Shown here in pieces: positions 12,801 through 25,130 of a stretch of DNA of 64,000 nucleotides. The stretch covers positions 12,524,001 through 12,588,000 of the forward strand of contig NC_047074.1 in assembly GCF_902459465.1 (NCBI RefSeq). The letters run 5' to 3'. The stretch comes from Asterias rubens (lineage: Eukaryota). How positions within the stretch are numbered: position 1 is the first letter of the stretch; every line of letters begins with the position of its first letter. A program made the position numbers and the translations under genes. The notes beneath the pieces are model-generated. The model searched no databases. It had not been told where the DNA came from and was given only the letters and a program-made list of their open reading frames with translations.

Positions 12801-15800
12801 GCTACCAGTGAATTGCTCAAAAAGTTTTATTCTCGTATAAAAGTGATGCAATCAACAAAATTAGTTATATTTCAACCATAGAGCTATATAGTAACCCATG
12901 GCATTTTCTCTTATTGAAAAGTGCATTAACCTATGTTGATTAAGTCAGTAAATGTTAGTAAACGGCTTCATTTTTAAATAGCATGCTTGCAATCAAACCA
13001 CATGAATAACTGTTATGTTGAATTTGACATTGGAGCTGCATTATGAAACTATTAATTTCTTTGGTTGGGTTGGCTGTGCAGTAGGCTACCAAATCCATCA
13101 AACTCAATTATTTGGGGATCAGACGTGGTTAAGGATATCATTCTATTGAAAACTACGGATGGGAAAGACAAATTTCAAAGGTAAATTTTTGAAAGGATGC
13201 CTAAATAATAACAACAAATGTTCTGTTCTTTCTTTTAGCCCTTTTTCTTCCATCCTGCCTCTGGACACAAGTGTCCCAACCAGGACTTAAACCAGGACTC
13301 CCGAGCAAAAACACCAGGGGTTAACTCCATTGTGACCCTTGGCCACGACACGCCAGTGTACATTTTGCCTACACAAGATATTTTTTAAATTGAGTTACTC
13401 CAGACAAAACAAACATGCGAATGAAAGTAATGAATCAAAATGAGAGATAATGAATTGTTATTAAGTCTACTAGTTAGTCTGGAAACATGCGAGATGAATT
13501 TAGTGAATTTCCCTCACCTTGACGTTTTCACTGTTATCGGAATATGGGTCCTCATATTGCTATTAAATGTGAAGGAACACTCAATGAAAAACTTATATTT
13601 GAAAGAAATATGTATTAAGGAAATAAACTATTATAAAGAAGAACAAATTATGAATAAATTTTAAAAATTCCCAAAAGTGTAATTGGTTCAGCCAACATAC
13701 ATTTTTCTAAAAACTTAAATCAATTGACACTGATTTCTGTTGCTTTGATTTCCAAGTAAACAAACACAAATTTTAATGTCGGCATGCTCAAATAAAACAA
13801 AAGAAAACAAGAAAACCTCATACCACCTTTGTACATTGGTAATTAAGTTCTCATTTTGTCCACTCAAACAACAACAAAACCACAAAAACATAAAATGTGC
13901 TTTATACGTCAATATCTTCCTTTGATCAAAATCTTTACTTACATTGACCGAGATATGAGCGATGCATTCATCCAGTTTCGTCAACATGGGAACAAACGAT
14001 TCGCTGGTCACAGAGAAGGTGGGCGAACTTAATTTCTGTTAAAATGAAAGGGAAAAGAGGTCGTAAAAACAGAGAGAATTGGAAAAATACAGTCATGTTT
14101 TGCGGTTATACATCATCATCATCATCATCATTCTCTTGATCAATCAAGGGGGACGTAGAGCCGCCCAACCAATGCACTCTGCTGCAGATTGCCACAGCTG
14201 CCTGGCCCGGGACTCGAAGTCTGGCCCACCCAGATGCTGCGAGGTCAGCCTCTTGGCGGTTATTAGTCAAGAGTAAAAAACATCAATGAGCAGGCCTATA
14301 TGCTACGTTTTTGTAAGGGCAAGGGCACCAAGGCATTTTCTCCTTGGTGAATGGCACCCTATGAGAAAATAATATATTTCTACTTGAAGGGCACCAAGGC
14401 AATGACCGGGGGGCATGAGGGCCACTACCTTCGTTGCCTTCTTGAAGTATCAGGCCTGCAAGAGTGCCCAAGAGATCTCACCTGATTGATTCTTTCAAGT
14501 TCGTTGAAGTACGACAATCTGCCACTGATTGTCTCTGCCTTGTTTACAAGTGACGTCTGCAAGACAAAAAGGTTAGAGACATTACAGGACTTAAATCTCT
14601 ACTTTTCACCCTGTGTTAACGTTATAATAAAACTAGCATGCTATTGTCCACTGCCGTCATGTTAGTCATGTTAGTATAGAAAGGAACGGCATGAGTTGCT
14701 AAAGCTACAGTATTCGGTGAGTACTCTTCGGTATACTTATTTCATCAAGCTTGGCAACCGTCTTTTTGTACGATAAAATATCTATGGAGGTTGACACACA
14801 AAGTTCTTTCTTGAGATATTAGTAAAACAATGTCGCGTTAATTTTCTTTTTCCAATCATGATGTGACATTGTTTTACACATTTCTCAAAAACTACAGCAC
14901 CTCAGCAAGTAATATTTTAAGGGAAGCTTTCTACTATCATTATCTCCAAACTGTGTAAGTTTAATGTAAATCTGTGAACATTGTGTTTTGTATCCTACAA
15001 AAAGTACATAGACCCTTTAAAGGCAGTGGACACTTTTGGTAATTACTCAAAATAATTCTAAGCATAAAACCTTACTTGGTTAAGAGTAATGGGAAGAGGT
15101 TGGTGGTATAAACATTGTGAGAAACTGCTCCCTCTGAAGTGGAGTAGTTTTCGAGAAAGAAGTAATTTTCCACTAATTTGATTTCAAGACCTCAAGTTTA
15201 GAATTTGAGGTCTCGAAATCAACCATCTGAAAGCACACAACTTCGTGTAACAAGGGTGGTTTTTTTCTTTCATAGTTATCTTCGCAACTCCGACGACCAA
15301 TTGAGCTCAAATTTTCACAGGTTTGTTTTTTTATGCATATGTTGTGATACACCAAGTGAGAAGACTGGTCTTTGACAATTACCAATAGTGTCCAGTGTCT
15401 GCAGGAAGTGAGTCTGTAAAGTTGATCCTACCTGGTCTTGTAAAGACTCCTCGCACGCCTCATGAAGTGCGTTGGTCTTCGTTGATACGTGGACGTACTG
15501 TTTCTGCAGCTCCTCTAGGTGGGTCAGAGCATCTGAGACCTCATCAAGAACTTTGTCACATTGGTCTCGATAGTCCTTCAACTGATCGCAGTAACATCTG
15601 TGTGGTAAAATTGTTACAGCAAAAAAAAAAAAAAAAAATCAGACCGGCAACTCTTAATTGCCAAAAAAAAACGAGGAAATGGCCGATCACTCTTTCTAAA
15701 GGACAGTGTTTTTTCAGTTTTCTTAATGGCACTATTTAAAAAAAAAAAAAAAAGAGGAAATCAGATGCATGCCTGGAAAATGTATGCAGATTGAAAACTG

Positions 15801-17661
15801 AAAAGTTTGTAAGTATCCCTTTTTCAAGTTGAGGTTTTGAAAAAAAAAAAAAAATTGAAATTGAAGTAAGACATTTTTTTTAGAATGTCAAAGAAATTTA
15901 CCTGTACGATATCTCTTCGTCGTGATCCATTTTGCTTTCCACTTTGTTGAACCAGGCGAAGAACTATAACAAACATCAAACAATTTAAATGAAAATTGTC
16001 AATTTCGAACAGGGGTGAGATTTGATGAATATGAAAATTCCTGAGAAGTGCCATGGCTTCCAACTGGCTTTGGCATAATTGTTATAAATGCAGGTATGAT
16101 TTTATATCTTTTCCCTAATTTTGAGTTTTACCTGCTGTGCATTTTCAATTTTGTCCTCTTTCATGCCGAGTGATTCAAATCCATCGGACAAGACGTCGCC
16201 TCCAGCTGAAGGAATATGGGATGTTGACATTGAGAGCTGCTGGGTAAAGCTTCCAGGTTCGTCCAAGGGCAACTGTTTTGAAAGAAGTTGTTCAATCAAT
16301 ACTTACAACAAAAATTAAAATTTTAAATGGAAAAATGAGATGAATCTACTTTGCACTCATTTTGACAGAAGAAAAAGTGGCAGTTTACAACTTTATCTTG
16401 CCTACCATGTTGAATTATTTTCCAAGCTAAGATGCTTTAGGCCTAGCATATTTATGATGTAGGGTACCAGTAGAGAAGCACTTGCAGAATGAAGAAAATA
16501 GCAAAAATTTCTGTAAGCTTTTGCCGCTGCGTTTTCCTGCCACCACTTTTTCATTCATTATGAAATCTTATTTAGTATCTATCAAATCATAGAGAAAGGA
16601 CATGAGACATTCCTTTTTGTAAAAATGAGTTGGTGGTGGCAGGATACAGAATGTTTTTTAAAATCCATTTATTAAAAATTAAATGTCAGATGTTCGGAGT
16701 CATTCATTTAATCATGCAAGAAGAATATTCGGAATCTTATCCGAGGATAATTGCGTCACTGTCATTCTTGACAGCAGGAATTCAAGGGCGGGGCAACTTA
16801 AGTGATGCTGTATATAAGGCGCAAACTAGTCGTCCGCACAAGCTTGATGATGCTTCAAAAAGATGGCTGAGCAAACTTGCGGCGCAAGTTGGCTGCTCCA
16901 TCTTCTTCAAACTGGCGAAAGTGAAGTTTGCTTGCGACAAGTTTATAAAATTATATGGATGAAGTTTGCCAGTATGTTTTGTTTACAAAAAAAGGGTGCT
17001 GCGTATGTCTTGCTTGCCCAGTCTGGACATTGCGCCCATTTGGACTTCAGCTTCTTCGGTTCCAATTATTATTTATTTATAAAAGACCCCTTTTTAGTTT
17101 TAAATTCTCAAAAATTCTTCTTTATTTTTGACAGCACCAAATTTGCGCAGGGCCTGAAATTTGCGTGGAATTTCCGAATATCTGCTGAACAGGGTCAAGC
17201 CTGCGCGCGCAAATTAAAATCGGGCTATCAAGTTTGTAAACTTCAATCCTCGCGCAAACTTCAGGCTTTGTCCCAAACGACGACTTCGGCTACAGTGGCT
17301 AGATTAGCGCGTCTGTCATTGTTGAAGAATGCAGACGCGCTGATCTAGCCGTAGCTAGCTAGCTGAAGCCGAAGTCGCCGTTTTGGACACGGTCTGAAGT
17401 TTGCGCGAGGATTGAAGTTTGCGCCAATGAAAAAAGGCCAAGAGAAAAAAATAAAAAAATAAAATAATGGTTGTTACAGTTTCTGTTGTATATTTTATTT
17501 ACCTCGATGGGCAACGGCCGGTTTGAAACACTGGCTGTGAGGTCCATGAAGCTGTCTTTCTGTGCATCACTTAAAGGAGCTTTAGGGTCTTCTTTTCTGT
17601 CCCAACAACTCAGTTTCTCTCGCATTATTTTCGCACTAAACAGTCTCACGGTGTCCGCCAT
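815..17661 (-). CDS. COG3: Conserved oligomeric Golgi complex subunit 3; 21 coding exons traced, terminal exon not confidently found
   Basis: Exons (high..low): 17661-17503, 16272-16132, 15963-15902, 15597-15432, 14556-14482, 14035-13943, 12781-12653, 11816-11695, 11500-11374, 10858-10767, 10618-10479, 10208-10048, 9656-9464, 8185-8061, 7547-7458, 7112-6992, 5089-5007, 3965-3831, 2613-2535, 2223-2096, 913-815. All are GT-AG and phase-consistent, totalling 2520 nt (840 codons). Peptides such as [73 protein letters not shown] and [19 protein letters not shown] match COG3 as recalled. Confidence 0.96.
3998..4143. mobile_element. MITE with ATGGGAGAC termini and TAA flanks (Harbinger-like)
   Basis: ATGGGAGACTTT ... 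AAAGTCTCCCAT, flanked by TAA/TAA. Relatives at about 21280-21570 and 45510-45664. Confidence 0.75.
6081..6390. repeat. Diverged tandem duplication, period about 176 bp (COG3 intron 16)
   Basis: CAAGCATTATCAT ... AATGTACAACAAATGCAAATCAAAT occurs twice. Confidence 0.8.
7993..8089. repeat. 51-bp-period tandem duplication of the COG3 exon 14 end and donor site
   Basis: 46 identical bases at 7993-8038 and 8044-8089. Confidence 0.95.
9190..9452. mobile_element. MITE with about 27-35-bp terminal inverted repeats and a CpG-rich interior
   Basis: AGTTATATATAAGAACTAGAGGGCGCA (9198-9224) pairs perfectly with 9420-9446. Confidence 0.8.
12222..12600. mobile_element. About 380-bp non-autonomous DNA transposon with TTAA target duplication (Kolobok-like MITE); most abundant family in the window
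   Basis: TIR AGGCAGTGGACACTRTTGGTAAT, with TTAA on both sides. RR termini plus TTAA fit Kolobok rather than piggyBac (CCY termini). Other copies: 1-236 (partial), about 5670-5830, 15021-15400, 19836-20200, about 23305-23580, 25131-25517, 42530-42900, about 48120-48325, about 56530-57170 (interrupted), about 57599-57900. Confidence 0.85.
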
Positions 17662-18017
17662 GTTGGCAATTCACACCCGTAGTCATGAATAAATATATTT
17701 GAGTCATTTTGCTTTCACACTTTTAATATTTTATTTTACTTATAACTAACAAAAACCAACTAAAAAAAATATTTTATGACATTAATTTAATTTTTAAGTA
17801 ATATTTAGTTAAATATTTTATATAAATATGATCTTAACATGTTATCAACACAAAGGTTTTATGCAAAAAGTTTGTTGACCTCTCAAAACTTTAGCAGACG
17901 ACAAAATGATGAAATGCAAACTCGGAAGTGATTTGAGAGTTTTTCTATGAAAATAACGCCAAGTAGTCTGTTTTCCTTCCACCTCGTTAGTTGAATAGAG
18001 TGTATGTGCAAGGCAAG
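17662..18017. promoter_or_regulatory. Bidirectional promoter / 5' UTRs shared by COG3 and PARL
   Basis: Start codons are 356 bp apart and divergent. ETS-like CTCGGAAGTG near 17921-17930; YY1-like AACATGGCGG overlaps the COG3 ATG. Confidence 0.7.
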
Positions 18018-21000
18018 ATGATGTCTGTGACTTCTGTTGTGAGGTTATTAACGAGAAAGAGCTGTGTAAAATGCGGGTAAAATGTTTGTGATTTTGTTCA
18101 GTTTCGTTTACATACAGAGTGCAATGTGACTGATTGTACACACAATCACACGGTCACAGTGCTGTTTTACCACTGTACTGAATCAGGTGTGTTGAGAGGC
18201 CTGCTGACTATACTAACTATGCTGACTGTGTAATACCCTTACTCTATGGTAATACAAAGTATTACTGTTTAGTTTTGTAAACTGAACTGTTCTTGGAAAT
18301 TTCTTCAGACATTCCTTACCTTAATTAATTGATTAACAGATATGTCTGAAATATCATCCACCTTTAAAGTTTAAACCCAGAACTTGGGGGATGGTGGGGG
18401 GGGGGGGGGGGGTACTTAATTGTATGTGTATTTCACTTTTTGAAGTTTTTCCGAATTGTAATCAAAATTTTAAAAGGAGAAGAGAATGGCAACCTCCCCC
18501 CCCCCCCCCCCCAAGTTCCTGTGTCTAATCTTACCCCTCTCTGCTCTGCTCTTAGTTTAATTTTACACTGGAATATTTTTAAAACAATTTATTTAAAAAT
18601 TATGAAATACGAATGCTTGGTTTTATATCAAATTTAGATCAAAACAAGTTCAGCCTCACAGGTTTTTCAAGAGGGAGGCTGGCGATGGAGGAAGAATAAA
18701 GACCACAAAGGCTAAGAAGAAGATCGTTGATGCAAAGTTTAACGAGAAGGGAAGTTTAGAGAAGTTTGAAGTTCAGTATGATTCCAACCATGTGATAGTT
18801 CCCTACAGGTCTCTTCTCAAGCCGTTTGGCTTTGCTTGTTTGGTAAGTTTCTATCGGAAGATTAAAGGGCCGTGTCGTCATGATCAAAGCAGGCCTGTGG
18901 CTGTTCATGGAATTATGAAATCTCACCAAGTTTCTGCGGGCGTTCATGCTCTCTCCATAGGTTTTGATATAGAGGGCAGTGCTAGTGTGCAGGAACTGGC
19001 TTAGAGTTTATAATTCCATGTACTTGTTGTAGCCGCAGCCACAGGCCTGCTTTGGTCATGACAACACAACCCCTTTAAGGTTATGTCTGAATCAATCAAC
19101 TTGGCTACGGCTTTGTCCTATGACAACAATGTTTAGAATAGGACTTTTCAGCAGTCTAGTCATAGCCAGAGCCATATAATGTAGACAATTCCTACAGGTC
19201 TTTGTCTATAAAAAAAGGGATTTTTTTGTGATTAGTTTTATCATATATTACTGAGAATGCAACCAAGGATGCCCCATCAAGACATAAGTAAACTTAATCA
19301 ATGTAGCTCACCTGCGGCCTGAGGAATCCTGTAAATAAGATGCTTGCTGTGTCAAACAGAAACAAAGGGGTTAACCCCTAATCTTCCTTAGTAAGTGTAT
19401 TGGGTTCACTACCAATTCTAGTTCACGGTAACTACGGCTACTAAAATGTCCCATCTAAAGGACAAAGAAATTGCAGTAAAGTATCATACACAACAACACA
19501 AGTGTCATGACCGGGACTCAAAACCCAGACTCTGCTGATTTTTGTTGTATGGCACAATCTTGCACACTGGGTTCAACTGTCAAAATATTAAACATTTCCC
19601 CTCCAAGAAATAATGGCTATTGAACTTAATTTCTCTTTTAATTATTCTCCATTTATCCATCCCCTTTTTGCAGTTCACTGGATGCAGCTTTGCTGGTGCC
19701 GCTATTTGGCAGTATGAAGGTTTACGCTCCAAGGCTCTGGAGACATTTAAAAGGCAACTTGGACGACACACAAGTAGTATTCCCAAGGCTGGTGAACTTA
19801 GGCAGAGGGTAATATTCTGTTCAGGTTGTGGTTAAAGACACTGGACACTATTTGTAATTGTCAAAGACCAGTCTTCTCACTCGGTGTATCTCAACATTTA
19901 TGCATAAAATAACAAACTTGTGAAAATTTGAGCTAAATTGGTCGTTGAAGTTGCGAGATAATAATGAAAGAAAAAACACCTTTGTCACACGGATTTGTGT
20001 GCTTTCAGATGCTTGATTTTGAGACCTCAAATTCTATATCTTAGGTCTCTAAATCAAATCCGTGGAAAATTACTTCTTCCTCGAAAACTACGCCGTTTCT
20101 CAGAATGTTTTATACTATCAAACTCTCCCCATTGCTTGTGTCCAAGTAAGGTTTTATGCTAATAATTATTTTGATTAATTACTAATAGTGTCTACTGCCT
20201 TTAATGTTATATTTTATGGGTTGACAAAAAAAAAAATAACTAGAGTGGGACCTACCACCCCCTGATTTAAGTGCCGGCACTCTACCAACTGAGCTATCTA
20301 GTCAATGTCAGACAACCCGTGTGTCGGACAACTCGTCGATTCATACAACTTTACAGTTGAGACTTGAACTTAAGGTTCAAACCTGCACACAAAATTTGAC
20401 TCCCAAACTGGTGGAAATAGTAAACTCGCGTTCCGCGTTGTGTGATAGAATTCAATAGACCCCCTTGCATAATGCGAAACGCTATCAGGTAAGGTGAGGT
20501 CACGCGCACGCTTTTACTCACAAAGAACACCTATCAACCATTGATCTGCCGCCTTTTGGCCTCGGGGGATGGTGCTTTTTGAGAGTGTGACTTCATAGGC
20601 AAAAGGGTCTTTATTATGCGTACGTTTCTTGCAGGTAAACCAATGGTTTGGAAGCTTATCCGGTACAGAGAAGGTGACGTTAGGGATAGTGGCTGCAAAC
20701 ATCGCTGTCTTTGCCTGTTGGAGAATACCAGCCATGCAGTTCTTTATGATCAAGTGGTTCAGTGCCTCACCTGCCTCAAGTAAGCTCAAACATTTCTCTG
20801 CCACTTTCGAGGTCTGACACTTTTAAGAACTGAGGGCTGTTTCGGGCATGATCTGGAATACCTGCTTTAAGGCCGACTCACATTGCAGCGATAACAAAAA
20901 CGATAACGATCACGACGCAAAGAGAAGGCATTCTATTGGTTGAATTGCTCCGCACAGAATATGCCCACGCCTATTCAACCAATCGAGGGCGCGTATTGAT

Positions 21001-21756
21001 AACGTTTTCGTTCTCGTTATCGGGGCCTGTTTGACCAGGCCAACCCTCCCACTGTCTGATCTTTCAATATCAATGGTGGTCGGGTTGGTGTATTGGTATC
21101 TTTCATAAGGGTGGTAGTGTAAAGATCTATTCAGATCTATGGCCAAACGACAAATCAAATCTTAGGAGGACCAGTCAAAATTCTGTCAAACTCAAGTCCC
21201 ATGCAATTAACAATAGAAAGAAAATCTCAAGATAAGAACCGGTGAAAAAGCTTGAGGAACCAGTACAATGACAAGCTAATGGGTGACTTTTGGGACCCTT
21301 AGAGTTACCAGGTAAATCTGTTGTTCACGATATGTTTACATGCTCAGAACTACGTAATCAATCGACCTTATCACAAATACTTGGTACGCGCACTGTAGAA
21401 GTTGAATGAGGTGCATGCTGGTCTAGCATAGCGCTCAAGTTTGATCCCTATCTAGGCCAGCATGCACCTCATTCAATAGCTGGCGCTTGTGCAATGGGTA
21501 TTTGTGAAAAGGTCTATGGAAATTTATCTGGTAAGTCTGCTGCCACCTAGCATTCCAAGTCTCCCATTGGTCCTGCTGGCTCGTCACTGAAATAGGTTTG
21601 CAGGCAAACCCTACTTTTTTCAATCGATTCCCTCAAGGTCTATTTTGTGCTGTTATCCCGTTTTGTTTTGTAGTTTTGTAATGGGCACATCCACTACAAG
21701 CCTCGGCTTTTAGGATAATGCCTCCATGTGTATGCGAAAATAAATGTTGTATTGAG

Positions 21757-21820
<64 letters not shown>

Positions 21821-24425
21821 GGTGCTGTATGTCTACCTATGGTGCTTTCCACCTTCAGCCAATACTCCTTCTGGCATCTTGCAGTCAACATGTACGTCTT
21901 GTGGAGTTTTGCTCCTGGTATAGGCATGGCACTAGGAAAGGAGCAGTTTCTTGCCATGTATCTAAGCTCAGGTAGGTCTAGTCAGAAGTCTTTGCCCAAG
22001 ACGTCAGTGATCAATAGTGGATAATGAAATGCGCTTGTTGTAAATAGTTAAAGCGCACCCTCTTTCGGCATGATCAAAATTTGTGGTGCATTCGCATTTG
22101 CTGGATGTACAAAGTATGAACCGGGCTTTAGCGACCTCAAATTGATATTTAGTTTGTTCTTATTAGAACAAGGGAGTCTTAAAAACTCATAGCTCCCATC
22201 AAGGTGCCGAGGATGCTTTGACAAGCTTATGGGATGACTCTAAACAGGTATCACAGAGAACAAGGACGCATACAGAGACAAAAGGCTTTGGACAGGAAGT
22301 GTGATGGACTTTGTTTTGAGATTGAATGGTTTTTGGTGTTCTATTGGTTGATCCACTGATTGGTTTTTTTTAACTACAGGTGTTTGGGCGTCGTTTGCCA
22401 GCTATGCACTCAAAGTAGCCACCTGCAAGTATCATCCTTCCCTAGGCGCTGTAAGTAATGCTTAAGGAAAAGTTAATTTCTTCATTAAAAATGGCAGGGC
22501 GTGTGATGGCAGTGTCATGGCCCAGCGGTTAAGAGCACCGGACTCAAGCTCTGGTGTTTGATCGGCAGAGTGTGGGTTCGAAACCCAGTAGTGACACTGC
22601 TGGGGAAGTAGTGCTTTCTGCTCTACCGGCCAGGCTTCGGACGGATGATACCCAAGCCTACATCCATATGGACTGTAAAGGGGGTAACCCTGTTTTAGCC
22701 CTAAGAGTAGGTGGCAATGGCCTCTGGAAAAAAACAATTGTAGCCCACACCTTGAAGTTGCCTTCAGGCCTTGTGTGTCTGGCGACTTGCATAAAAAAGT
22801 ATATTAAACAAAAGGGCTCAAGTAAGAATGGTTACGGAGAATTTTTATTTGTACTTCGTAACTTATTGTAAGGCCTTGCCACAGAAGGAAATTTTTATAG
22901 GTAGCTTGGAGGCAGGCAACCCCATTGCATGTATAAGGAACACTCCATTTGCACACACAAAAAACAGTTTCCCTTGTTTCATCCCATCCCAAGACGATGA
23001 TGTGCAAATTTATGAGTGGGATTGTTTCCTTCTTTAGGATTGCCCAGAACTGGTGGTCTGTAAATTGACTTAATGCTCTTAATATCTAATGAATTTGTCT
23101 TTTGTCTCATTAAGTCTGGTGCCATCATGGCGGTTCTTGCAGCAGTGTGCACACAGTACCCTGACTCTAGGCTTGCTATCGTCTTCCTACCCTTCATCAC
23201 ATTCTCAGCAGGATCAGTGAGTACATTTTTGTTTTTAAACTATTTTATTTTGAATAAATGAAGATCTCAGTGAAAGTTTAACATGAAGTAAGAACCAGGC
23301 TTAAAGACACTGCCATCGATTTCACAAAACTCTTCCTAACTTAAGATTAATCTTAGGACTTAGGACGAGTCCCAACCCTGCACTGTAGCATGCAGACCTT
23401 AAGATTAATCCTAAGTTAGGACGTCCTAACTCGAGAGAAGACGAGTCCTAACTCTTTGTGAAGTCGACGGCTGGACACTATTGGTAATTGTCAAAGACCA
23501 GTCATCTCACTTGTTGTATCTCAACATATGCATAAAATAACAAACCTGTGAAAATTTGAGCTCAATTGGTTGTCGAAGTAAAGGAGACATTTTCTTGTTC
23601 TAATTTCCTTCCAGGCCTTGAAGTTTCTCATCGGGATGGAGTCCATGGGTGTCGTAATGGGATGGCAATTCTTTGATCATGCAGCTCATCTCGCTGGCCT
23701 ACTGTGTGGATGGTAAGAAATGTTTGATTATCTCTAAACAATTCACAGGCATTGAACTTTTTATCTGATCAGCTGATTTCCGTTTTTTTTTTTTTTTTTA
23801 AACAGTGCCATAGAAAACTGAAAAACACTGCATTTCGGAAATCAGATCACTTGTGAATGCCCTGAAAATATGTATCTTCAAGTCTTTTCATCTTCAGGGA
23901 GTAGCATGGGTGGCTTGTGTGTAAAGCGCTCGCCTCTCACCACTTTGACTCTGGTTCGATTCCTGGCAAAAGCCATTTGTGAGTAGAGGTGGGCCTAGAG
24001 GTTCTCTCATATGCCACAAGGGTTATTTCTCCAGGCCCCTCTGATTCTCGATCCACTTGAAAATCAAACACTTTCGATCTCTCTGGCTGTGCTTCTTGGA
24101 CATTTGAGTCGATGTGGCTGGCTGCCAAAGGCGCCTGTACATGCCTGCAGCTTGACCATGTTGTAACAGCGTCCTTTGCAACTCGGTTTCCCAGCAGCAA
24201 GTAAAGATGATTAGCTTCTCAAATTATTATTACTAGTTCGATTATTTTTCTTTATCGCACTGGGCCTGGAATATCCAGCATGTATCCATAAAACCTTGTG
24301 TTTGAGTCAATGTTATACATTTCCTTTATAGTTACTACATGTCCTACGGCCACAAGCAAATTTGGCAGAAGAGAGAACCTTTGATGAGTGCGTGGCACAA
24401 GTACAGAGGACCCAAGGAGATTTGA
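18018..24425 (+). CDS. PARL: Presenilin-associated rhomboid-like mitochondrial intramembrane serine protease; 9 coding exons
   Basis: Exons: 18018-18076, 18638-18842, 19674-19808, 20635-20779, 21822-21971, 22380-22450, 23115-23216, 23615-23712, 24332-24425 (TGA). Motifs: [37 protein letters not shown], catalytic [17 protein letters not shown]-terminal [13 protein letters not shown]. Exon 1 and the start codon are the least certain part. Confidence 0.95.
19836..20200. mobile_element. Kolobok-like MITE copy in PARL intron 3
   Basis: TTAA-AGACACTGGACAC ... GTGTCTACTGCCT-TTAA; internal sequence matches 12222-12600. Confidence 0.85.
21757..21818. repeat. (TGAT)n microsatellite, about 15 units, abutting the PARL exon 5 acceptor
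   Basis: Direct reading. Confidence 0.95.
22508..22803 (+). mobile_element. tRNA-derived SINE in PARL intron 6
   Basis: A-box TGGCCCAGCGGT and B-box GGGTTCGAAAC. The body matches an interrupted reverse copy at about 2930-3680, and heads recur at about 5570-5620, 13270-13355 and 19490-19535. Confidence 0.7.
23313..23470. mobile_element. Harbinger-like MITE (CCRTCGATTTCACAAA termini, CTG target duplication) nested in a Kolobok-like MITE
   Basis: CTG flanks at 23310-23312 and 23471-23473; internal TAGGAC/GTCCTA repeats. Relatives at about 11915-12040, 24475-24650, 26797-26965 and 63850-63920. Confidence 0.8.
23897..24235 (+). mobile_element. tRNA-derived SINE (second family) in PARL intron 8
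   Basis: Degenerate A/B boxes (GGTTCGATTCC), a central GGGTTATTTCTCC..GG-type segment and an (ATT)n tail. Relatives at about 9745-9960, 33040-33210 (minus) and 63918-64000. Confidence 0.6.
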
Positions 24426-25130
24426 CAAAACGGATGATTTCAGCTTAGCCCAGCCACATCGCACAAAGTCCAGGGGTGGATTTCACAAAGAAGTGGAGAC
24501 TAGTCTTATTTCGAGTTAGATTACTCATCCTAACGAGTTACTCGTCCTAACTTAGGACCAGCCTTAAGTTTTGGATAACTCCTAAACAGTCCTAGGACTA
24601 GAGTCCTAGGACTAGTCCTAAGTTAGGACTATCTTTGTGAAACCAACCTCTGGTTTACTGAACAGTTGTATCGAACCATCCCTGTTTATGCAAGTGTTGA
24701 CGCCCCTACTCAAAAAAACGGAAAATTCCAGTGAATGTGACTGTATATCTTTATACTAAACTGTACAATTTATTCACTCACACACAACACTCAAATTAGA
24801 CATCAAATATACACATAGTTGTGTATCAAATATACAAATAGTCTTATTTTAAACATGTAACCAAAACAGTCTGGATCCCTTTCGGCCCCCTAAATACAAA
24901 TAAGTGTGTATTATTGTTGACAGTCATACAGCACAGGGAACATGACAAAGATGGTAACAAAGAATGTTTTGATGACTGAAGCCATGTCCGACTCAGGCAA
25001 GTTCGGCTAGGGCTTCAGCTTTATCCACTGTCTGCAACCATAACACTGAGTAATATGCTTTTCAGCCCTCCTGCTGTTTCAACGGCCGAAACCATCAATT
25101 TGAACAAGGCCAGACAAAACTAAACCTTAA

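Noticed and set aside
16630-17348. 110-aa and 161-aa plus-strand ORFs
   Set aside because: They lie in COG3 intron 1, run through repeat and palindromic DNA, and show no recognisable protein features.
22508-22600. tRNA-like sequences here and at about 39435-39510, 42030-42090 and 63918-63985
   Set aside because: A/B boxes are present, but no clean cloverleaf was seen and they continue into SINE bodies, so they are not called as tRNA genes.
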